Shown here: in pieces, positions 29,522-39,035 of the stretch
How the letters are laid out: each line of letters starts with the position of its first letter
Numbering within the stretch: position 1 is the first letter of the stretch
Origin: a virus
IMG/VR virus record: IMGVR_UViG_3300044953_000426
Coordinates: 2,458 to 66,457 of that record
Length of the DNA stretch: 64,000 nt
Reading direction: 5' to 3' (one strand)
Notes under the pieces: generated by a model
Databases searched by the model: none
Told to the model about the DNA's origin: nothing
What the model saw: the letters and a program-made list of their open reading frames with translations, nothing else
Position numbers and translations under genes: made by a program

Positions 29522-30181
29522 TTACCAAAATCCTGAGAATGATGTTTTAAATCCTAATAATTTAGCATAACGAGGTAAACGACAAGACCAATATGAAGCT
29601 GTTGTTCTGTCTTTTTTCTGTGGACAGTTATGGCGTTTAGAAAATGCTTGTCTAGCTTTAGGGTTATTTAATTTAGCCCTTAAACCACCACCAGCCATAC
29701 CAAATGATACTTTCTTAATACCACCACCTGGTTTTCTAACATACACATAGAATTTCTTAGAACCACCACGTTTTGGTTTTCCAATTGGTGGATCTTTCTT
29801 TTTTTTGTCTGCTTCTTCTAATACTTCTGTTAAAAATTCCTCAGTCAAAGGTAAGTCTAGTGGTACTTTAATACCATTGTACTCACCAAATGTTCCTATA
29901 TCTGTGTTGTCAAAATAATATTGATCTGATTCACATAACTGTACTCTACCATCATTATATAAATTTCTTACCTCAACAAATAATTTTAAAAACATTGCTG
30001 ATTGAGGACGATATATTGATTCGTTTACTGGTAAGTTATTTTCAATATGATAGTACAAACCTTCAGAAATAAAGACTGGTTCTTTAGATTCATTAATAAC
30101 TAATTTAGGACCATGATTGTATTCTTGGCCTACATAATTAATAATTTTTTCAATATGCTCCTTTAATTGTACCTTATTCAT
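29522..30181 (-). CDS. Two-module putative internal protein with basic Cys-containing C-terminus
   Basis: Leader MNKVQLKE; KKFYVYV..KKVSFG..FSKRHNC..YWSC after an LEE site. Confidence 0.7.
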   Translation of the reverse strand: MNKVQLKEHIEKIINYVGQEYNHGPKLVINESKEPVFISEGLYYHIENNLPVNESIYRPQSAMFLKLFVEVRNLYNDGRVQLCESDQYYFDNTDIGTFGEYNGIKVPLDLPLTEEFLTEVLEEADKKKKDPPIGKPKRGGSKKFYVYVRKPGGGIKKVSFGMAGGGLRAKLNNPKARQAFSKRHNCPQKKDRTTASYWSCRLPRYAKLLGFKTSFSGFW

Positions 30182-30555
30182 TAATATGGAGTTGTTTCTT
30201 TTGCTTTTGGTAATATTTTAAATTCAACTACACCTTCAATTTGTTTAATATTTTCAACAATTTTCTTGATAGCAGTTTTAATGTCACCTTCAAGTGCTGA
30301 AGTGTCAATTTTAATATCAACATTTGTTTTATAGCGTAGTTGTCCTTCTGAGTTTGAACCAGGAATAGCGGCTTGTGAGTTAACAATAGTAACACCTGGT
30401 AATGCACGCATAGCAGATAATATATTAGTTTGATCATTAACTTTAGTGTTAGTGATCATTGAAGCTAATATTTGGAATTGTTTAGCAGCTGGTTTTGGTT
30501 TTTTAGGATCTTCAATTGGTGTGAAGTCTTCTTCTTTTACTATGCGTATTCTCAT
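30181..30555 (-). CDS. Putative internal head protein
   Basis: Leader MRIRIVKE; MRALPGVTIV / IKQIEGVVEF ferredoxin-like repeat. Confidence 0.65.
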   Translation of the reverse strand: MRIRIVKEEDFTPIEDPKKPKPAAKQFQILASMITNTKVNDQTNILSAMRALPGVTIVNSQAAIPGSNSEGQLRYKTNVDIKIDTSALEGDIKTAIKKIVENIKQIEGVVEFKILPKAKETTPY

Positions 30556-31130
30556 TACTGTAAATTTACTAATTTGTATTTAGTTGTTTCAATTAATTCA
30601 ACTATCTCATCTATTTGATTCTGAATATATGAATCTTGAGGTAATGAGTGACGATTTTTTTCTACATACATACATAACGCTTCAAAATATTTTACAGCAT
30701 CATTTGGATTTTCAATCCATTGTCCATCACACTTATAACCAGTGATGATACCATAGCGGCCTTGGAATGACTCAACTAAAGCATCAATTAATGGTAATAT
30801 ACCTTCATAATATACTTGTAATACTGTGTGAGCAGCAAAAGCACTTGGTCCTTTAACTTGTAAATGGAATATATGAGCTTGTGTGCGAGAAGCAAAAAAA
30901 GTTGAGACAAAAGAAGCCATAACCTGTGTTGGGTTTGGCAATTCAATAGATACAGCAAGTTCTGGTTGGTTTGGATCAATTGTTTCTGGTTCAAATCCTT
31001 CTTTAATGTTACCTGATTCAGCGGCGTATAAAGCACGCATATATTTTTCAGCTGTTTTAGCATCTTTAGAACAGCCCATTTTTTTACCAGTTTCTTTATA
31101 TACACAATTTCCTTTACGAGTGTATGGCAT
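30555..31130 (-). CDS. Ferritin/Dps-like four-helix protein with a basic N-terminal module
   Basis: QAHIFHLQ..FAAH..YYE..DALVESFQG..QNQIDEI..TKYKL. Confidence 0.7.
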   Translation of the reverse strand: MPYTRKGNCVYKETGKKMGCSKDAKTAEKYMRALYAAESGNIKEGFEPETIDPNQPELAVSIELPNPTQVMASFVSTFFASRTQAHIFHLQVKGPSAFAAHTVLQVYYEGILPLIDALVESFQGRYGIITGYKCDGQWIENPNDAVKYFEALCMYVEKNRHSLPQDSYIQNQIDEIVELIETTKYKLVNLQ

Positions 31131-31182
31131 AGTTATGTAGAGTTTGTCCTACATAAATATATTCAAATCTAATAATAGGTAA

Positions 31183-31500
31183 TTACTTATGGGAATTTTT
31201 AACTTTAGTAGTGGTGATCACTGGCATGTTACCTCTTTCAAAAAATTCAACTTTGGTACGTAATGAAGCTACTTCTTTAGTTAATTCTAAAACCATTTTA
31301 CGTAACTCATCTTTTTCACGTGATGATTCAATAAGTAATGCTTCTAATTTAGCAATGCGATCTTTGCAATCATGACGGATAAATTCTTCGTCACGTTCTT
31401 TACGCATTGATTTTTTTTCATAATATCGAAAAGCAGCGGCGCTACCTAGCACTGTAATAGCAGTCATTAAGACTGTGTAAATATTATTCATTGTATCCAT
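31183..31500 (-). CDS. Membrane-anchored coiled-coil protein (holin-like candidate)
   Basis: N-terminal hydrophobic helix followed by a coiled coil. Confidence 0.5.
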   Translation of the reverse strand: MDTMNNIYTVLMTAITVLGSAAAFRYYEKKSMRKERDEEFIRHDCKDRIAKLEALLIESSREKDELRKMVLELTKEVASLRTKVEFFERGNMPVITTTKVKNSHK

Positions 31501-31517
31501 GCTGAGAATAAATATAT

Positions 31518-32093
31518 TTATATTTCTGTCTCGCGCAGTTTTTTAATATATTCTTTTACATTCTTTATTTTATCTTCATTTATCTTTCCTCCACTCCATG
31601 TCTCTACATCACCTTGTTCAGTGACATATGATTCACCTTTATTATTTATAAAATTATTAAATGCTACTTCAAAATCATCCACCATAGCATTTTTATTATT
31701 ATTTATTATTTTTTTTTCATACTCAACATATTTACCTTCTACTTTAAGTTTAGCTTCCATATCAATAACACAACTACGACACATTTTATGTATAACCCAC
31801 ATTTTTTTATTTACATCATCATTTTTTATTGGTTTATTACATTTAGGGCAAGCTAAAGGCATAGTGACTAATTGTCTTAATTTATCATGTTTAGTAACAG
31901 TTTGTTTGATACCATTTTTAATGGTCCATTGCTTACCATTTTCTTCCCATACATCATCTTCTTGATAGCCTTGTTGTTGTTTACTATAACCCATTTGTAC
32001 TCCAGTTGCACTACCAGCATTACCTGTGATAATGTTTCTCATTCTTTGTACATCACGTTTTGAAAACTCTTTTTTTAAATTTGTATCATTCAT
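31518..32093 (-). CDS. Hypothetical zinc-ribbon protein
   Basis: CPKC..CRSC; WEENGKQWTIKNG. Confidence 0.65.
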   Translation of the reverse strand: MNDTNLKKEFSKRDVQRMRNIITGNAGSATGVQMGYSKQQQGYQEDDVWEENGKQWTIKNGIKQTVTKHDKLRQLVTMPLACPKCNKPIKNDDVNKKMWVIHKMCRSCVIDMEAKLKVEGKYVEYEKKIINNNKNAMVDDFEVAFNNFINNKGESYVTEQGDVETWSGGKINEDKIKNVKEYIKKLRETEI

Positions 32094-33742
32094 AAACCTA
32101 AATCTTTCAATTGTTGTATTGTATCAGCAGCTGATGTATGATGAATACCTATACCACCAGCATCTTTCCAACGTTGTATATTATCTGCTCTATCATCAAT
32201 TAAGATAGAGTTTGGTGTAGCAAATTCTTGTTTATGTTCTGCTTGACGTAATATAAGTTTAGTACCAGGCATTTCTCTTTTTACCCAAACAAATTTACCA
32301 ATTTTAGATGATTCTTCTTTTGATGGAGCTGATAATAAATCTGGATTATATGGTTTAATATAACTCCATAATTGTTTTCCATCAGGCATCCATTTCAATT
32401 TAATCCAAAACGCAGCACCTGCTTTAGATAATGGCTCCCAAAATTTTTCTGTTGGTATATCAAAACTAGCTTCTTTACCTGTTAATTCTTTATATCCTTT
32501 ATCAAAGTCAACTAACACACCATCCATATCACAGTATATCTTATAATCAGCTTTAGTATTAGTTACTTCTGCTTCCTCAAATATTTCTGGTCTATACTCA
32601 CCAAACTTTCTTAATAAAATACCTGCAGCGGCGTTAGCTTCATTTTCAACTGATGAACCAGTTTTACCATCTTCTTTACTTAATGGATTTAATTCATTTT
32701 GTTTTAAATGTATTAATTCATGAGCCAATGTACGTAAAATATCAGCTGTTAATCTTGGTCCTCTTACAACTAATAATTCATCACTTTTAGGATTATAAGC
32801 ACCTAATGAATGTGTGTTTTTAGCTAAATTTTCATCATCACTAAAAGTAATTTTAGGTACTTTTTGTAAGTCAAGTGCTTTAGAAGTAAAATCAATAAAG
32901 TCAGCTATAACATTATTTGATGTATCTTGTGGTTTAGTTAATGTTTCTTCTAAAGTTGATTTCCACCAATTAATAGTGAATAAATCTTCTTCTATATTAA
33001 CAGGTAAATGATATGGCACACGTATAATTAAATCACCATCAGCTTGATTTTCTTGTAATTGATCTACATTTAATACTGGTATTCCTAGTATTTTAAGTAT
33101 ATCATCATATTGTCCTTTCTGGATAACTACTTCTGGAAAACATCCTTTAAGTGCTTCATAAGTATTTAAATATTCATTTCTAGCTTTAGAATATTCAGTT
33201 GAACTTTTATCAGTCACAGTACGTAATGCTAAAACATTCTTTTTAAGTTGTGTTACTAAACTACGTGCTTCAGTCCCTGATAAACGCTTACTCCCAGTCA
33301 CTACTTTTTCTTCAATTGCTAAAGGCATTACTCTAGAGCTAAATGCTTTTTGTAATGGGGTAAAATAATCTTGTTCTTCTACTTCTGATTTAGCACCAGC
33401 AACATATGCTTTTAATTCTAAATCATCATCAAAAACACTAAAAATATCTTTAATTGGAGATGGATCTTCACTTATTCTAACAGTTACTTTAGCTATTGGA
33501 GATGTGGCTAAATACAAATCCCAAATACGTTTACTTTGTTCTTTAGTTATACCATCACGTGTTTTATGTCCAATTAAAACTATTACTTTAGTGATATAAG
33601 AACGAGCAGCTAAGTCTTTAACTACTCCAAAGTGTCCCTCATGTGGTGGTTTAAACCCACCTGGGTAGTAACAAATAGCAGGAGGAGTTTTTTGTTCATC
33701 CTCTTCATTTAGTTCATTTAATATTGTATTTAAATCTATCAT
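32090..33742 (-). CDS. Fusion: HxGH nucleotidyltransferase + HExxH metallopeptidase-like + HAD 5'-nucleotidase-like
   Basis: PGGFKPPHEGH..LSGT; RTLAHELIH..ENEANA; YCDMDGVLVDF..ILIDDR; leader MIDLNTILNE. Confidence 0.8.
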   Translation of the reverse strand: MIDLNTILNELNEEDEQKTPPAICYYPGGFKPPHEGHFGVVKDLAARSYITKVIVLIGHKTRDGITKEQSKRIWDLYLATSPIAKVTVRISEDPSPIKDIFSVFDDDLELKAYVAGAKSEVEEQDYFTPLQKAFSSRVMPLAIEEKVVTGSKRLSGTEARSLVTQLKKNVLALRTVTDKSSTEYSKARNEYLNTYEALKGCFPEVVIQKGQYDDILKILGIPVLNVDQLQENQADGDLIIRVPYHLPVNIEEDLFTINWWKSTLEETLTKPQDTSNNVIADFIDFTSKALDLQKVPKITFSDDENLAKNTHSLGAYNPKSDELLVVRGPRLTADILRTLAHELIHLKQNELNPLSKEDGKTGSSVENEANAAAGILLRKFGEYRPEIFEEAEVTNTKADYKIYCDMDGVLVDFDKGYKELTGKEASFDIPTEKFWEPLSKAGAAFWIKLKWMPDGKQLWSYIKPYNPDLLSAPSKEESSKIGKFVWVKREMPGTKLILRQAEHKQEFATPNSILIDDRADNIQRWKDAGGIGIHHTSAADTIQQLKDLGL

Positions 33743-34488
33743 TTAATGAATGCCTTTATTTTAGATATGGCTTGGTCTTTAGGAGTGAATTTTAGTTTTT
33801 GTTTAAGCAGTTGTTCAATGCTTTTATTCATCGCTTCTACTTCAGCTTTTTTCTTAGCTAATTCTTCTGGTGTTTTTGGTTTACCTTTAGCCTTAGCAGT
33901 ATCAAAAAATCTACGCTTTATTTCTTGGGGATCAAAGTTTATGTCAGCATCTTTTGGATCATTGTTTATTAAAACAAAGTTATCACCAAATGCATCTTGA
34001 TATGTTTTAATATTACTGTTTACTTTTTCCCATGTATTTAAAACTATACCTGGTGTTAATGAGCGTTCTCTACTTGCGTTACGTTCAAGTGAAGTAACTG
34101 GGGAAACATATATCATCACCATTATAGTTTCATATCCTAAAGCCTCTAATTCTGCTTTTTTCTTGAGTAAAGGTTTAAATGCTGCGCCTGTACCATCAAT
34201 GATAATGTTGTTTAAATTAGCGAGTGCTTGGGCGTATTTTTCTTTAGTTGTTTTTTGAGCCTGCGCCATTAATTTGCCTGCTTGTGATAATTGATCAGGT
34301 GTAAAATCTTTAATATTAGTTCCTATACCAGCAGCTTTTAATAGTTCTTCATAAGTGTCATCAACATTTATGATACGGAATTTAGATAGTGGTAAAGATT
34401 TAGAAACAAAGGACTTACCAGCACCAGCAGGACCAGCCATGAATATCGCTTGTGGCGATTGTTGCGCCTCTTTAATTCTAATCTTCAT
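33739..34488 (-). CDS. Zeta-toxin/AAA_33-like P-loop kinase
   Basis: AGPAGAGKS, INVDD, IIDGTG, ERNASRER; leader MKIRIKE. Confidence 0.75.
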   Translation of the reverse strand: MKIRIKEAQQSPQAIFMAGPAGAGKSFVSKSLPLSKFRIINVDDTYEELLKAAGIGTNIKDFTPDQLSQAGKLMAQAQKTTKEKYAQALANLNNIIIDGTGAAFKPLLKKKAELEALGYETIMVMIYVSPVTSLERNASRERSLTPGIVLNTWEKVNSNIKTYQDAFGDNFVLINNDPKDADINFDPQEIKRRFFDTAKAKGKPKTPEELAKKKAEVEAMNKSIEQLLKQKLKFTPKDQAISKIKAFIK

Positions 34489-34499
34489 ACCAATAAATA

Positions 34500-35045
34500 T
34501 TAACTGTTCTTTCTTGGGCGCCCACGTTTACCACCAGTAGGTACATATACTGTAGGTGTTTTCTTAAGCGCTGGGTCCATTTTTGGGCGTCCACGTTTAC
34601 CACCAGTCTTAACATACACTGTTGATTTTTTAAGTGCTGGATCCATTTTTGGACGACCACGTTTACCACCAGTAGGTACATATACTGTAGGTGTTTTCTT
34701 AAGCGCTGGGTCCATTTTTGGACGACCACGTTTACCTTTTGATTTAAGTATTTTAGCGGCTTTTTCTTTGCGTTTAAAATAACATGGATGTACAATAAGT
34801 GAATCTAAATGAAATGCACGTCTAGCTCCATTTTCTTCTACACATTCATAACCACCACCTTTCCATCCTGGTTCACCATCTTCATGTTTTTTCTTAAAAT
34901 AAAACTTAGTACCAGGTTCATTTTCATAATACATAGCTGGTAATACTTCAATACCTTCTGTAAATTCCAAGTATTGTTGTTCATCTGTTTCTACAACATA
35001 AGCTTTACGTGGAACAATGTTTGCTTCAATGTCAATTACTTTCAT
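34500..35045 (-). CDS. AT-hook DNA-binding protein
   Basis: Four KRGRP motifs in 22-23-aa repeats. Confidence 0.8.
   Translation of the reverse strand: MKVIDIEANIVPRKAYVVETDEQQYLEFTEGIEVLPAMYYENEPGTKFYFKKKHEDGEPGWKGGGYECVEENGARRAFHLDSLIVHPCYFKRKEKAAKILKSKGKRGRPKMDPALKKTPTVYVPTGGKRGRPKMDPALKKSTVYVKTGGKRGRPKMDPALKKTPTVYVPTGGKRGRPRKNS
34514..34737 (-). repeat. Coding tandem repeat, ~66-69-bp unit, three copies plus a partial copy
   Basis: Near-identical units encoding KRGRPKMDPALKK(TP/S)TVYV(P/K)TGG. Confidence 0.9.
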
Positions 35046-35058
35046 AACTTATTTTTAT

Positions 35059-35220
35059 TTAAAGTTCTTCAATAATACCTAATACTTCAGCTAGTATAAA
35101 CAGCACACCTGATATTAATAGTTCACCTCTAATTAGTGTTACACCAGCCATAATTCGAAGGCATGATTTGAACACACTAATTCTAAAATGCCAGTTTGTT
35201 TTTGATTCTTTTTGTTGCAT
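35059..35220 (-). CDS. Small membrane protein
   Basis: HFRISVFKSCLRI..FILAEVLGIIEEL; likely start MQQKES. Confidence 0.6.
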   Translation of the reverse strand: MQQKESKTNWHFRISVFKSCLRIMAGVTLIRGELLISGVLFILAEVLGIIEEL

Positions 35221-35311
35221 ATTATTTATTTTTATCATCATCTTCTTAAATTATAATTAAATATAGTAAATAAATCACGGTCAATCAATAACTATGTAAC
35301 GTTTCTTTAAT

Positions 35312-36061
35312 TTAATGTTTATATATAGTTATAACACCTATATTATCTATTAATATAGCACTCATATTTTCCACCCAATCACCACTATTTAAATAATGTT
35401 TATTATGTATAATTCTATCACAAGGTTGATGGATATGTCCACAAATAACACCTTCACATCCTTTTTTTTCAGCCATTTTTAATGCTGTAGTTTCAAAATC
35501 ATTAATATACATTGTGGCTTGTTTTACACCCTCTTTAATTTTTTGAGATATGGATTGGTACGGTAAATTGCGCCATTTACAATATTTGTTATACCATCTA
35601 TTTAACCACAATGCAAAATCATAACCAACTGCTCCTATTTTTGATAACCATTTATATTTTGTTATAAACACATCTATTACATCTCCATGAAAAACATAGT
35701 AACATCTTCTTTTCCAAATATCATATTCTATATGTTCTGAGAATTTTAATATATAATCTTCTTTTATTTCAATATTACCAAAATGACTATCTATAAATTC
35801 CTGAATAAATTCATCATGGTTGCCTCTAATCCAGATAATTTTTGTTTTGTTAGATAATTTAAGTAGCTTAGAAATAACCTTGGTATGATACTTTTTCCAC
35901 TTAACTCCTCTATTTAATGCCCAGCCATCAATTATGTCTCCATTTAATATTAGAAGATCAGTAGGATGTGTTTCAATAAACTTAATAAACTCTTCTGCCT
36001 TACTATCTTTAGTTCCTAGATGTAAATCAGATACTATTATAGTTTGATATTTTAGTTCCAT
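35312..36061 (-). CDS. Metallophosphoesterase, LpxH-like (UDP-2,3-diacylglucosamine hydrolase family)
   Basis: SDLHLG, GDIID, GNHD, HGD, GHIH and NSGDW motifs. Confidence 0.85.
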   Translation of the reverse strand: MELKYQTIIVSDLHLGTKDSKAEEFIKFIETHPTDLLILNGDIIDGWALNRGVKWKKYHTKVISKLLKLSNKTKIIWIRGNHDEFIQEFIDSHFGNIEIKEDYILKFSEHIEYDIWKRRCYYVFHGDVIDVFITKYKWLSKIGAVGYDFALWLNRWYNKYCKWRNLPYQSISQKIKEGVKQATMYINDFETTALKMAEKKGCEGVICGHIHQPCDRIIHNKHYLNSGDWVENMSAILIDNIGVITIYKH

Positions 36062-36137
36062 ATAGATGCTAAATAAGATACTACGGCCATTAATATTGAA
36101 GTTCCAACAACTATTTTAGTAAATGGGATTTTCTTTT

Positions 36138-36827
36138 TCATTTCCAATAATTTTGATCATGTTTAAAAAATTTATCATTGTTTCTGTTGATCCAAGACTT
36201 CCACATTAATTTAATCATATACCATACACCTTTTTTATTAAATCTTCTACTTGGGGTATATACATAACCATTAACGATTTTAAACTTCTTAGGTTTAACT
36301 TTAGAGCTAAGTCTGTAATCTTCAGCAACTTTATCTTTTTCATTAAATCCTCCTAATTTATTAAATGTTTCTGTTTTAAATAACATAAACCCACCTAAGG
36401 AAAATGGTCTTGTAAATGAGGTAAGCCACTGTATTATATCAAAAATACAATAAATCCAATTATATATTTTATCTGTTTTAAACTTACAAGTAACTAAATC
36501 ATATTTTCCTTTTATAGCTGTCGCTAAGCAATTCTCTAATAAATAAGGATTAAAAATATAAACATCAGCATCTAAAAATAATATATAAGGTGTTGTTACT
36601 AATTTAGCTCCGTTATTGCGTGCTACTGATGGTAATCCACCTTTAACTATTTGTATATTTGGATATATTGAAGCATATTTATATAGCAATAAAACAGACC
36701 CTTCATCATCTGAAGAGTCTGCTACTATTATTTTACAATCTATTTGTTCTGATATTAACTTTATAACGTCAATAACTCCTTTACCTTCATTTTTACAAGG
36801 AATTACTATTGTTAATTGAGTATTCAC
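36138..36827 (-). CDS. Glycosyltransferase family 2
   Basis: IVIPCKNE, ARNNG, FLDAD, GGFNE..AED, SRRF; GTG start. Confidence 0.9.
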   Translation of the reverse strand: MNTQLTIVIPCKNEGKGVIDVIKLISEQIDCKIIVADSSDDEGSVLLLYKYASIYPNIQIVKGGLPSVARNNGAKLVTTPYILFLDADVYIFNPYLLENCLATAIKGKYDLVTCKFKTDKIYNWIYCIFDIIQWLTSFTRPFSLGGFMLFKTETFNKLGGFNEKDKVAEDYRLSSKVKPKKFKIVNGYVYTPSRRFNKKGVWYMIKLMWKSWINRNNDKFFKHDQNYWK

Positions 36828-36841
36828 ATAGATAAATATGT

Positions 36842-37627
36842 TTAATTTAATATTTTAATAGAAATAGGTAGTGTTTCTGTACTTGGTTTAAAGTTAGGAT
36901 TTTCAAGTTTATATATCTCATAGATATTCATGAACATTTTGAAATTAGATTCAATATCACTTATAACTTTTAATTCCCATCCTTTACCTTGTATTTTATC
37001 TTTTTTTCCTTCACCACGTGTATTTGCTTTAAGCCATAAAATACCTGTTTCCTCTATTTTATCATTATGTGTTTCATTCCATGCTTTAGAGTAAGCAGCT
37101 AATTGTAAATCATATGATGTATGGAGTGAGTTAGAGGTTTTAATATCTAATAACCATAATTTACCATCCATTTTTACAATTAAATCAGCGGTACCAGCAT
37201 ACTTATGAGCATCAGAAAATACATGATATTCTCCTACTATAAGTTCTGGTTTATATGTATTCCAAAACTCAGCAAATTTTAAAATCATTTTCCATACATC
37301 CATACTGTATTCTGCTCTTCCATTTTCATCTAACCATTGAATTTCTTCTCCATTTAAAAAACGATCAATAGCATTATGTACTTGATTACCTTCAGCAGCT
37401 GCTTTAGATGCTATAATATCACTGTTATGTCCTACATCTTTAAGCCAGTTATGGAAAAATTGATTTTTAGGAAAATAATTTAATACTGATGTTACTGATG
37501 GATAGTATTCTTCTCCACGTCTATAAAAACGAGAGTCTAATACATTTACTTGCCTATCTTCCTCATTGTATTCTACAATGCGTTTGATTTTTGGGTCTTT
37601 AATTATGTTGACATTTCTATCAATCAT
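36842..37627 (-). CDS. PD-(D/E)xK exonuclease (phage Cas4-like family)
   Basis: YPSVTSVL, G..VH, AGTADL, DIKTS and QLAAY motifs. Confidence 0.85.
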   Translation of the reverse strand: MIDRNVNIIKDPKIKRIVEYNEEDRQVNVLDSRFYRRGEEYYPSVTSVLNYFPKNQFFHNWLKDVGHNSDIIASKAAAEGNQVHNAIDRFLNGEEIQWLDENGRAEYSMDVWKMILKFAEFWNTYKPELIVGEYHVFSDAHKYAGTADLIVKMDGKLWLLDIKTSNSLHTSYDLQLAAYSKAWNETHNDKIEETGILWLKANTRGEGKKDKIQGKGWELKVISDIESNFKMFMNIYEIYKLENPNFKPSTETLPISIKILN

Positions 37628-38559
37628 GCTAATTCTAGCTTTTTGTATATTAGTTCACCTAGAGATAATTGCTCGGCTTCATGAACTAATTTGGTGAATT
37701 TTTCAAAGCCCATTTCTGATGGATCTTTATCTTTTAAATCAATTAAGTAAACATCTTTACCTAAGTTGAGGAGTTCCTCAGCATATTTTAAAGCATCTTT
37801 TAAGGCGTCCCTATCTAAAGATACGTATACTGTTTTTATATTATTTTGAACTAGTTTCATCATTAATGCTCTAGGTATTGTTTTACCTAGTAATGGTACT
37901 GCGTTACGTTTAATAGCAATAGCATCAAAAATACCTTCACATAGTATAACAGGTACATTCCAGTTAATAAAATATTCAAGTCCTATAATTTCATTTTTAT
38001 TACATTTAGGAGCATCATACTTTTTCTTTGAGTCTGGATTGATGTCTCGAGCTATAAAATAATTTAGATCACCATTAGCATCATATGATGGTATTATAAC
38101 TCGGCCCCCATACCTGCCTTCTTCACAATAGCCTATATTATACTTAAGTATATCTGACTTATTAATACCTCGTTTTTTTAAATACATTAAAGTGTGTTTA
38201 GCCATAATATCTGTACGTGCTAAATTAACTAATGGTTTATATTCTTTAGGTAATTCAACTTTAGTTTTATCACTAACCACTTCTTCTTTTTGAGTGAAAC
38301 CAAGTATTGATCTTAATTCAGATAATTTTTCAGGGACAGCTTTTATTTTCTTGAATAAACCAATCAGTGTTCTCCCTTTTTTATTACATACCCAACAATG
38401 CCATGGATTCTCTCCTTTCATGTTAGGTACCATGTTTACTTCTAGTTTTGGCTTATGATGATTACAAAAAGGACACTTATACGCGTAGTTATTACTACTT
38501 GTTTCTTTACCTTTTCCTAGTACACTGTTCACTGTATGCAGTAAGGCAGCATTAATCAT
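37624..38559 (-). CDS. DNA primase (T4 gp61-like)
   Basis: CPFC..HCWVC zinc finger, YLKKRG, CEGIFDA and LDRDA TOPRIM motifs. Confidence 0.9.
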   Translation of the reverse strand: MINAALLHTVNSVLGKGKETSSNNYAYKCPFCNHHKPKLEVNMVPNMKGENPWHCWVCNKKGRTLIGLFKKIKAVPEKLSELRSILGFTQKEEVVSDKTKVELPKEYKPLVNLARTDIMAKHTLMYLKKRGINKSDILKYNIGYCEEGRYGGRVIIPSYDANGDLNYFIARDINPDSKKKYDAPKCNKNEIIGLEYFINWNVPVILCEGIFDAIAIKRNAVPLLGKTIPRALMMKLVQNNIKTVYVSLDRDALKDALKYAEELLNLGKDVYLIDLKDKDPSEMGFEKFTKLVHEAEQLSLGELIYKKLELA

Positions 38560-38586
38560 AACTGATAATATAAATAAAATATTCTA

Positions 38587-39015
38587 TCAAACCAAATCTT
38601 TGGTAAAAAACTTACCTAGTATATTGTCATTATAGGATCTAGTACCTGGAATTAGACATTCAAATTTACATTGATAGTGCATTTCATAGTATGTGAGTTG
38701 TTTTTTGGTTTTGCAAGGCATGAGTATCATACACTCAAAATGATCTTCACCTAGCACTTTAACTGCGTCAAGCAGTTCCTTAGATGAACCCCAATATGTT
38801 TTCCAGTCACTTTCAACACGTACAATTTCATGTGTTGGTTTACGACCAGGTCCTGGTGGTAATTCAGTGAGTTGTTTTTTGGTTAGTTTTTTCTTTTTGT
38901 TATACCAAAAATACTTCTTACCAATGTAAAATTTTCTGTCTGTTAAGTTAGTGATTTTATAAACAAAACCGATGTAGTCTTCAGGATTTAATTTATCCCA
39001 GTAGTTCCATTTCAT
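38587..39015 (-). CDS. GIY-YIG endonuclease
   Basis: GFVYKIT..FYIGKK, YWGSS and YNDNI motifs. Confidence 0.8.
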   Translation of the reverse strand: MKWNYWDKLNPEDYIGFVYKITNLTDRKFYIGKKYFWYNKKKKLTKKQLTELPPGPGRKPTHEIVRVESDWKTYWGSSKELLDAVKVLGEDHFECMILMPCKTKKQLTYYEMHYQCKFECLIPGTRSYNDNILGKFFTKDLV

Positions 39016-39035
39016 AACATTATTTTATATAAATA

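Noticed and set aside
36842-37627. Cas4 as part of a CRISPR system
   Set aside because: It sits beside the primase, lacks the Fe-S cysteines and matches stand-alone phage exonucleases.
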